DNA of 11,461 bases. Source: Myxococcota bacterium. GTDB taxonomy: Bacteria > Myxococcota > XYA12-FULL-58-9 > JALHOP01. The notes under the pieces were generated by a model, which did no database searches, was not told where the DNA came from, and was given only the letters and a program-made list of their open reading frames with translations. The position numbers were made by a program, and so were the translations under genes. The DNA lies in assembly GCA_041288095.1 (NCBI GenBank), contig JBGGMJ010000071.1, positions 1 to 11,461 on the forward strand, given 5' to 3'. Positions 1 through 6,778 of this stretch are shown here, one piece after another; the first letter of the stretch is position 1; every line of letters begins with the position of its first letter.

Positions 1-341
1 CGAAGGCGCTGCGTCGCGCCACGACCGCCATAAAGAACGAGCAAACCGCCGCGGCGTCGTGGATCGCGCTGGCGTATCTCGGCGACGATGCGGCGTTCGA
101 CATCCTGGTTCAGCTCATCGGCGGCGACAACGCGGCGCTACGCTCGTTCGTGCTCGAGCACATCGGCGGCTACGCCTTCACACCGGGGCGTCACGCGGCG
201 ACCGGTGGTGGCGGTGTCCTCGTCGACGCGCGCCTGCGCAACGCGCTGCTGACCGCGTACACTGGTGTGAGCCACGAGACACCGGGGCTGCAGGAAGCGG
301 TCCTGACGCTCGCGACGACGCGGCCGCCGCGCAAGGAATAG
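1..341 (+). CDS. 3' part of a protein truncated by the window start, with a HEAT/PBS-lyase-like helical repeat
   Basis: The frame of ORF 150..341 is open from position 3 (KALRRATTAIKNEQTAAASWIALAYLGDDAAFDILVQLIGGDNAALRSFVLEHIGG...) to TAG at 339-341, with high GC at third codon positions. ALAYLGDDAAFDILVQLIGGDNAALR resembles a HEAT-like unit. It ends 1 nt before the next gene. Confidence 0.65.
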   Translation, partial: KALRRATTAIKNEQTAAASWIALAYLGDDAAFDILVQLIGGDNAALRSFVLEHIGGYAFTPGRHAATGGGGVLVDARLRNALLTAYTGVSHETPGLQEAVLTLATTRPPRKE

Positions 342-342
342 C

Positions 343-1290
343 TTGAGGTACGTCGAGGTAGAGCTGGTCGTCGAGTCGTCTTACGACGGGCTGCGCCTCG
401 ATCGTTACCTGTGCGCGAAGCTCGGTAAGCTGTCGCGCAACCGCGTCCAGCGCATCATCGAGCGCGACCTCGTGGCGCCGCCGTTGAAAGCGGCGAGCAT
501 CGTGCGCACCGGGACGCGTGTCCGCTTGCGCAGACTGGCCGCGGACGAGCCGGAGACGCCGCGCACGTTCACGACGTTGTTTCTCGACGACGAGCTGCTG
601 GTCATCGACAAGCCGGCGGGGCTCCCGGTGCATCCATCGGCGAGCTACCATCTCGGAACGGTCGTCGGCCGCATCCGCGAGCGCTACGGCGATGACTTCG
701 CCGCGGCGGTGCACCGGTTGGATCGCGAGACCAGCGGTGTTCTGGTGGCGGCGCGCACTCCGGAAGCGCTGCGACGGGTTTCCGCCCAGTTCGTCAACGG
801 CGAAGTGACGAAAACCTACCATGCGATCGTGCACGGCCATCCACGCGATGACGTCTTCGTGATCGACGCGCCCATCGCCATGGGCAGCGAGCTCGTACGC
901 ATCGGCGTTCGCATCGACGCGGGCGTTGGGCGCCCATCTCGCACCACGGTGCGCGTGCTCCGGCGGTTCGAGGCCCAGGGGCTCGCGCTCGCTCTGGTCG
1001 AGGCGACGCCGCACACGGGCAGGCAACATCAAATCCGCGTGCACATGGCTCACGTCGGGCATGGCCTGGTCGGCGACAAGATCTATCCTGACGGCGCCAT
1101 CTACGATCGCTTCACCAAGCACGCCATGACTGACGATGATCGGCGCACGCTGCTGCTCGACCGCCACGCGTTGCACGCTTCGTCGTTGACTCTACGTAAG
1201 CCGTCGACCGGTGAATCGATGACCTTCACGGCGCCGCTCCCCGAGGAGCTGGGCGTCCTCCTCGGAGAGCGGGCAGCGAAGACCGCCTAG
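343..1290 (+). CDS. RluA-family (RluC/RluD-like) RNA pseudouridine synthase with N-terminal S4-like domain
   Basis: N-terminal GLRLDRYL...LSRNRVQRII (S4-like), motif I IDKPAGLPVHP, catalytic HRLDRETSG, TGRQHQIRVHM..GHGLVGDKIY and C-terminal RHALHA..L...FTAPLP. TTG start at 343. Confidence 0.95.
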   Translation: MRYVEVELVVESSYDGLRLDRYLCAKLGKLSRNRVQRIIERDLVAPPLKAASIVRTGTRVRLRRLAADEPETPRTFTTLFLDDELLVIDKPAGLPVHPSASYHLGTVVGRIRERYGDDFAAAVHRLDRETSGVLVAARTPEALRRVSAQFVNGEVTKTYHAIVHGHPRDDVFVIDAPIAMGSELVRIGVRIDAGVGRPSRTTVRVLRRFEAQGLALALVEATPHTGRQHQIRVHMAHVGHGLVGDKIYPDGAIYDRFTKHAMTDDDRRTLLLDRHALHASSLTLRKPSTGESMTFTAPLPEELGVLLGERAAKTA

Positions 1291-1670
1291 CCGATGATCT
1301 GCCGGACTTGGCGCGCGAGCTCGTCCGGATCGTCGGTCTTGCAAATGAAGCCATCGGCGCCGCAGCGGTGCGCGAGGTCCCGGAGCTCACGCGCCGGGCG
1401 GTCGGAGTGCAGAGCAATGCGGGTCGCGCGCGACGTGCGACCGGCTCGGATCATCTCGACGAGCGCGTCGCCTCGCAGCGCCGGCATCGTGACGTCGAGC
1501 AGCACCAGGTCCGGTTGGTGGTTGCTGATGATCGACGTCGTGCCGAAGGGCGTCGGCAGGGTCATGACTTCGAAGCCCGAATACTCGAGCATCAAGCGGG
1601 TAGCATCGAGGACGACTTCGCTGTCGTCGACGACCAGGACTCTCTGTCGAGCATAGATGTTTGCTCTCAT
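1287..1670 (-). CDS. Single-domain response regulator (CheY-like receiver)
   Basis: RVLVVDDS acidic pocket, DLVLLDVTMP phosphoacceptor Asp, conserved Ser (LHS) and GADGFICK Lys, with no output domain. ATGA overlap with the cheA stop, and a GGAGG RBS upstream. Confidence 0.92.
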   Translation of the reverse strand: MRANIYARQRVLVVDDSEVVLDATRLMLEYSGFEVMTLPTPFGTTSIISNHQPDLVLLDVTMPALRGDALVEMIRAGRTSRATRIALHSDRPARELRDLAHRCGADGFICKTDDPDELARQVRQIIG

Positions 1671-3754
1671 GGTCTTCCTCCTTCACTCACGACCCGTGCA
1701 ACCGTCGCGACCAACATGGATTCCAGCGTCTGGGTTTTGACGAGATAGGCGTCGGCCCCGAGGGCTTTGGCGCGCTCACGGTCTTGCGGCGCGGCGCGCG
1801 AGCTGAAGACGACGACCGGGACGTCGCGCAGATTGCGTTCGCGGCGCACCTGCGTAAGCAAGCTCCAGCCATCGACTTCGGGCATGTCGATGTCGGAGAC
1901 GATGACATCGGGACGCCAGTTGCGCAGGCGCTCGAGCGCCTCGCCGCCATGCCCAGCCTGCTCCACGAAGAAGCCCGCCTCGCGCAGCGTGTGGACGACG
2001 AGGGTTCGCGCGAGCTCCGAGTCCTCGACTACGAGCACGCTGCGCTGGCGCTCGACGCGCGCCGACACCGCTCGGTGGTGTGGGTCGCCGGCCGCAAGCA
2101 ACTCGGGAACGTTCAACAAGACCACGAGCTCGCCGCTGTCGAGCGTGGCCGTACCGGCGTAGAGGCGAAGCCCTTCGCAGAACGGGTCCATGGCGCGGTG
2201 GACCAGCTTGTGCTCTCCGCGAAAGCGGTCGACGAGCACCGCCATGCGGCCACTCTGAGCTTGCACGACGAGCGCCAAGTCCGTGTCGATCCGGGTCTGC
2301 CGTCGCGCGTCGTTCGAAAGGAGCTGCGCGAGCTCGAAGAGCGGTAGGCACTCGCCGTCGACCTCGAGCACGGTCTGTCCGTCCTCGCACCGCACCTTGT
2401 CGATCTCGAGACGCAAGACGCCGGCGACCGAGTCAGCGGGGACAGCGCAGACGGCGCCCGCGGCCTCGACCACCATGCCGCGCACCAAGACCGCCGAGAT
2501 AGGGATGCGCATCAAGAAGGCTGTCCCGGCTCCGGGCTCGCTGTCGATGCGAACGGAGCCGCCGAGCGCTTCGATGCGCTGCTTGACGATGTCGAGTCCC
2601 ATGCCGCGACCCGACACGTCGGTCACCGTCGTGCGCGTACTGAACCCCGGGCGGAAGAGAAACGACAAGATCTGCTGGTCGCTCCGCGTCGCCACCTCGG
2701 TCTCGGTGAGCAAGCCGCGACGAAGGACGGTGGCGCGAACGTCATGCGGCGCGATGCCCTTGCCGTCATCACGAACCTCGAGCTCGACCCAACCACCGCG
2801 TTGCTCGGCCGAAAGCACGATGGTCGCGGTCGGCTCCTTGCCACGTTGCTCCCGGTCACGCGGTGTCTCGATGCCGTGGTCGATGGCGTTGCGCACGAGG
2901 TGCAAGAGAGGCTCGCCGAGCGCTTCGAAGACGTGCTTGTCGATCTCGACGTCGGTCCCGGCGACCTCGACCCGGACGTCTTTGCCTTGCTCACGCGCGA
3001 GATCATGGACAGCGAGCGGATAGGCGTCGAAGAGGGTAGCGAGCGGCAGCAAGCGCAGGTCCCGAACCTGAGACTCGAGACTGTGCACGCGGAGCCCGTT
3101 ATCGCGAACATCCTCGCGAATCTTGGCGATCTCGGTGATGATGCTCGCGACGGCGCCATCGTCGTCCACGCCACGGAGAGTCGTGATGAGGTCGTCGATC
3201 GCATATTCGATGGCGGCCTGGTTCACCATGAGGTTCGCGGAGACCTCGGTGAGCTCGTCGAGCTTACGCACGTCGATGCGCACGGATGGCTCGGCGCGCG
3301 GCATCGCCAGCGGCGGTTTGTCGCGTGGAGCGATCGGCGCTCCGGGAGCCGGCGCCCGTGCCTCGGAAAATCTCGTCACGCCGGCGAAGCTCTTGCCACG
3401 CTCGATGATGTCCTCGACGTCGGCCGCGGCGACCTCTTGGCCCTGCGTGATCGCAAGCGCCAGGTCGAGGATGCGCAAGAGCAGGTCGCGCAACGTCTGC
3501 GGCTTACCTGGCTGGGCCAAAACGAGCTCTTCGCCCAGATGCGCCAAGGAGGAGACCTCGCCGAAGCGCATCATGCGCGCTTCGCCCTTCAAAGTGTGCA
3601 GCTCATGCATGGAAGCCCGCTGCGACTCTTCGTTCCAATCGGGCGTGCCGAGTTGGAGAACGGCACGGCTGACGCGGTCGATGCGCTCGCTCGCCGTGGC
3701 GCGGAACTTCTCGTGAAGCTTCGCGCGAATGGCGTCGGCGGCGCCCATGGTCAC
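1667..3754 (-). CDS. cheA: Hybrid CheA-receiver histidine kinase (FrzE-like architecture: HPt, dimerisation, HATPase, CheW, REC)
   Basis: HPt MHELHTLKGEARMM; SVRIDVRKLDEL start of the dimerisation domain; N box LLHLVRNAIDHGIE; G1 DDGKG; F/G2 FRPGFST...SGRGMGLDIV; CheW-like P5 domain; C-terminal REC (VLVVEDS, VSDIDMP, AYLVK). Start is GTG 3754 (GTGA overlap with the MCP stop) or ATG 3748. Confidence 0.95.
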   Translation of the reverse strand: MTMGAADAIRAKLHEKFRATASERIDRVSRAVLQLGTPDWNEESQRASMHELHTLKGEARMMRFGEVSSLAHLGEELVLAQPGKPQTLRDLLLRILDLALAITQGQEVAAADVEDIIERGKSFAGVTRFSEARAPAPGAPIAPRDKPPLAMPRAEPSVRIDVRKLDELTEVSANLMVNQAAIEYAIDDLITTLRGVDDDGAVASIITEIAKIREDVRDNGLRVHSLESQVRDLRLLPLATLFDAYPLAVHDLAREQGKDVRVEVAGTDVEIDKHVFEALGEPLLHLVRNAIDHGIETPRDREQRGKEPTATIVLSAEQRGGWVELEVRDDGKGIAPHDVRATVLRRGLLTETEVATRSDQQILSFLFRPGFSTRTTVTDVSGRGMGLDIVKQRIEALGGSVRIDSEPGAGTAFLMRIPISAVLVRGMVVEAAGAVCAVPADSVAGVLRLEIDKVRCEDGQTVLEVDGECLPLFELAQLLSNDARRQTRIDTDLALVVQAQSGRMAVLVDRFRGEHKLVHRAMDPFCEGLRLYAGTATLDSGELVVLLNVPELLAAGDPHHRAVSARVERQRSVLVVEDSELARTLVVHTLREAGFFVEQAGHGGEALERLRNWRPDVIVSDIDMPEVDGWSLLTQVRRERNLRDVPVVVFSSRAAPQDRERAKALGADAYLVKTQTLESMLVATVARVVSEGGRP
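1677..1684 (-). promoter_or_regulatory. Shine-Dalgarno sequence for the single-domain receiver gene
   Basis: The minus strand reads GAAGGAGG-AAGACC-ATG, with GGAGG 6 nt before the ATG at 1670, inside the end of cheA. Confidence 0.75.
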
Positions 3755-4440
3755 GCGACCCAGCGTGGGTCGTGCGGGGCACGCGCGCCGCTCGAGCGGA
3801 CGGTCGCCATGAGCGAGGCTAGTCGGTCGGCGATCGCGGTCACCTGCGCCGCGGCGCCCTGCTGACCTTCGACGATCTCGGTGATCTGTCGCGCCGAGCG
3901 CGTGGTGTCGGCGGCGAGCTTGCGACCTTCTTCCGTCGCCAGCACCGAGGCGTTGGTGGCCTCGCGCATCACGGCCGTGAGATCCTTGATGTCGCGCACG
4001 GAGCCCATGACGCTTTCGGCGAGACGCTGCATCTGGCTTGCGACCAACGAAAAGCCGCGCCCTGCCTCGCCGGCCTTGGAGCCTTCGAGCGCGGCGTTGA
4101 GGGCAAGGAGCTCGCTCTTGTTGGCGACGTCTTTGATCACCTCGAGGATCTCGACGATGCGCTGGGAGCGGATGGTGAGCTCACGGATGCGCTCGTTGAT
4201 GATCTGGTTGTTGCGTTGCGTCGACTCGGCGTTGGCGAGCACTCCCTGCGCGACGCTCGTGACCTGGCGCGCGGAGCCGAGCAACGCGGTCGCATCGGCG
4301 GCACGCACGGCAAGCTCTTGCATCTCGTTGACGACCCGCTGCAAGGCGCGAAAGCGGCGCTGCATCCGCCGGCCAATCGACGCGGCGACGATGCAACCGA
4401 CCACCAGGGCCGACGCGAGCACGATGACCACGGGACTCAT
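3751..4440 (-). CDS. Minimal methyl-accepting chemotaxis protein: one N-terminal hydrophobic helix plus a short signalling hairpin
   Basis: Hairpin-tip signature IKDVANKSELLALNAALEGSKAGEAGRGFSLVA. Residues ~4-22 are hydrophobic (VVIVLASALVVGCIVAASI) and are followed by the basic GRRMQRR. Only 229 aa. 4-nt overlaps with cheW and cheA. Confidence 0.93.
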   Translation of the reverse strand: MSPVVIVLASALVVGCIVAASIGRRMQRRFRALQRVVNEMQELAVRAADATALLGSARQVTSVAQGVLANAESTQRNNQIINERIRELTIRSQRIVEILEVIKDVANKSELLALNAALEGSKAGEAGRGFSLVASQMQRLAESVMGSVRDIKDLTAVMREATNASVLATEEGRKLAADTTRSARQITEIVEGQQGAAAQVTAIADRLASLMATVRSSGARAPHDPRWVA

Positions 4441-4901
4441 GGCTTACGGACCCGCGCCGCCGCCAACAACGCGGACACGTCCAAGACGCGCACGACACCG
4501 CTGTCGGTCGCGTGCTCATGCGTAACGTAAGGGTGAATGCCGTTGGGCATGGACCGCGGTAGCGGTGTGAGCTGCTCGTTGGGGATGTCGCGCATGCCGA
4601 CAATCTCGTCGCAGACGATGCCGACACGCATGCCGTCGCAGACGACGATGACGACGCGCCGTGGCTCGCAACACACGGCGGTGGCGAGGAAGATGTCGAG
4701 AGCGACGAGCGGCACCGAACGGTCGCGCAGCGGCATGAGACCGAGCAGGTGCGCTGGAGCGGACGGGAGCGGCACCGGCACCCGATAGTCGGCGAACTCT
4801 TCGACCCTGCCGGCGGCGATGGCGAGCAAGTGCTGCGCCACACGTAGGCGGACGTAGGTTGTCTGGGCGCTCTGGGCGACGCTGCTCATCGCCACGATCA
4901 A
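4437..4901 (-). CDS. cheW: CheW adaptor protein
   Basis: YVRLRVAQHLLAI...VEE, VPLPSAPAHLLGLMPLRDRSVPLVAL, VGIVCDEIVG and VRVLDVSALL match the CheW pattern. The true start may be ATG 4889 rather than TTG 4901. Confidence 0.88.
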   Translation of the reverse strand: MIVAMSSVAQSAQTTYVRLRVAQHLLAIAAGRVEEFADYRVPVPLPSAPAHLLGLMPLRDRSVPLVALDIFLATAVCCEPRRVVIVVCDGMRVGIVCDEIVGMRDIPNEQLTPLPRSMPNGIHPYVTHEHATDSGVVRVLDVSALLAAARVRKP

Positions 4902-4931
4902 CGGATCAAAGCGGCAAACGATCCAGAGCCG

Positions 4932-5462
4932 TTACGGACGCTCGCCGCGCTGCGCCTTGGCCGCCGCGACCCACTTGTCGACGTCCGCCTGAGCCTGGGC
5001 CTGCGTGCTCATCAACATGGCCAGATCGGCGCTGGTGGCCTGGAGGCGATCGGACAGGACACGGATGATACTGCGACAGATCTTCAGACCGGAGCTCGGG
5101 TGCTTGTCGCAGAAGTCCTCGAGCACTGTGGCATCGATGACCACACAGATGGTCTCGCTAGTCGCGATGCAGTCGGCGCTGCGCCGCGCGGTCTTGCTGA
5201 ACAAGGCCATCTCGCCGAAGAAGCCGCCGCGGCCGAGATAGGCGAGGAACTGGCCACGCTGCTTGACGACGTTGACGCCTCCATCGACCACCAAGAAGAG
5301 CTCGTGCGCCCGATCGCCTTCCTGGACGATGGTCGCACCCGCGCTGAACGTCACGACGCGCACGGCTTCCATCAGAGTCGTGAGCTCGGAGTCGCTCAAC
5401 GCCTCGAAGAGGAAGTTGTCGCGCGCAATGGCGTACGCCCTTTTCGCCAGTGCTTCGGTCAT
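4932..5462 (-). CDS. Stand-alone cyclic nucleotide-binding (cNMP/CAP_ED) domain protein with no DNA-binding HTH
   Basis: LFEALSDSEL, GATIVQEGDRAHELFLVVDGGV and the phosphate-binding cassette GGFFGEMALF...RSADC, followed by a C-helix (IIRVLSDRLQATS) and a short Ala/Gln-rich tail. Confidence 0.92.
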   Translation of the reverse strand: MTEALAKRAYAIARDNFLFEALSDSELTTLMEAVRVVTFSAGATIVQEGDRAHELFLVVDGGVNVVKQRGQFLAYLGRGGFFGEMALFSKTARRSADCIATSETICVVIDATVLEDFCDKHPSSGLKICRSIIRVLSDRLQATSADLAMLMSTQAQAQADVDKWVAAAKAQRGERP

Positions 5463-5506
5463 GGGGGTCTCATGATGGTGTCCGAGGCGGCCGCGTTGCG
5501 CAAGAG

Positions 5507-6778
5507 CTACCGCACCGCTTCCAGGACCAGGAGACCCGCGGAAATCCCGGAGATCACGACCAGCATCGGCGAGATCTCACGGCGCCGGCCGGCAAGCACG
5601 TAGAGCACGGTGTGGCTGACGAAACCCCAGAGAATCCCTTGAGTAATCGAGAAAGTCAGCGGAATGAGGGCCACGGTGAGGAATGCCGGCAAGGCATCCT
5701 CGACCTGGTCCAGCGTGATGCTCTTCACCGCCTTGAACATCGAGGCGCCGACCACGATGAGCACGGGAGCGGTCGCAAACCCCGGCACCATGCCGGCGAG
5801 CGGCGCGATGAACAGGCACGGGAGAAAACACAGCGCCGTCACCACCGCGGTGCGACCGGTGCGCCCACCAACCGCGATGCCCGCCGCGCTCTCGATGTAG
5901 GCCGTTCCAGCGGACGTGCCCAGCAGCCCCGCGCCGAAGGTCGCGAAGGCGTCGACGACGAGGCCGCGGCGAAGGTTTTTGGGCTCCCCACGCTCGTCGA
6001 CGAGGCCGGTGGCTTGGGCGACGCCGACGAACGTCGAGATGCTGTCGAAGAGATCGGTGAAGAACAGCGACACGATCGCCGGCAGCAGCGCGAGCCGCAG
6101 GCTGCCCGCGATGTCGAGCTGCCACATGGCGCTGAAGTCCGGCGCCGCGACGGCGGCGTCGGGCACCTTGGTGAGCCCGAGGGCCAACGCACCCGCGGTC
6201 GCGACCGCGATGCCCGCCAAAAAAGACAACGGGTTGTGACGTCGCAACAGGACGAGAATCACGACGAGGCCGACGAGCGCGAGGCCGGTCCCACGATCGA
6301 AGTGGCCGACGCGCACGAACGTGACCGGGTCGGCGGCGATGAAGCTCGCGCTCTTCAAACCAATGAAGGTGAGGAACAAGCCGATGCCGACGGCAGCGGC
6401 GCTGCGCAGGTTCGCCGGGATGGCGCGGGCGACTTGCTCGCGGAGCGGCGTCACCGACACGACGATGAAGAGGACGCCCGACCAGAACACCATCCCGAGA
6501 GCGGTCCGCCAAGGAACCCCCTGCCCCAGGACCAACGTGAAGGTGAAGAAGGCGTTGATACCCATGCCCGGCGCGACCGCGAACGGGAGCTTCGCGTACA
6601 AGCCCATGAACAACGTCATGGAGCACGCGAGGATCACCGTCGCCGTCAGGACCGCCGAGAACGCCATACCGCTCTGCGCGAGGATCGTCGGATTGACGAC
6701 GACGATGTAGGCCACCGTGAAGAAGGTGGTGATGCCGGCGATAATTTCGGTGCGTAGCGCGGGCGCGGGCTCGCTCAC
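5507..6778 (-). CDS. NCS2/AzgA-family purine (adenine/guanine/hypoxanthine) permease
   Basis: RTEIIAGITTFFTVAYIVVVNP, PFAVAPGMGINAFF, DLFDSIST, AYIESAAGIAVGGRTG and PLTFSITQGI are AzgA/PbuG-type motifs. Many hydrophobic segments. GTGA overlap with ade. Confidence 0.93.
   Translation of the reverse strand: MSEPAPALRTEIIAGITTFFTVAYIVVVNPTILAQSGMAFSAVLTATVILACSMTLFMGLYAKLPFAVAPGMGINAFFTFTLVLGQGVPWRTALGMVFWSGVLFIVVSVTPLREQVARAIPANLRSAAAVGIGLFLTFIGLKSASFIAADPVTFVRVGHFDRGTGLALVGLVVILVLLRRHNPLSFLAGIAVATAGALALGLTKVPDAAVAAPDFSAMWQLDIAGSLRLALLPAIVSLFFTDLFDSISTFVGVAQATGLVDERGEPKNLRRGLVVDAFATFGAGLLGTSAGTAYIESAAGIAVGGRTGRTAVVTALCFLPCLFIAPLAGMVPGFATAPVLIVVGASMFKAVKSITLDQVEDALPAFLTVALIPLTFSITQGILWGFVSHTVLYVLAGRRREISPMLVVISGISAGLLVLEAVR

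Noticed and set aside
178-1176. 332-aa minus-strand ORF opposite the pseudouridine synthase
   Set aside because: Antisense shadow of a well-supported gene. Long stop-free reverse frames are expected at high GC, and it has no recognisable motifs.
1287-4901. Naming the Che genes frzA/frzCD/frzE/frzZ
   Set aside because: The architecture is Frz-like, but the receptor is membrane-anchored and short, FrzF/FrzG equivalents are absent and the receiver is single rather than dual. Orthology is not established.
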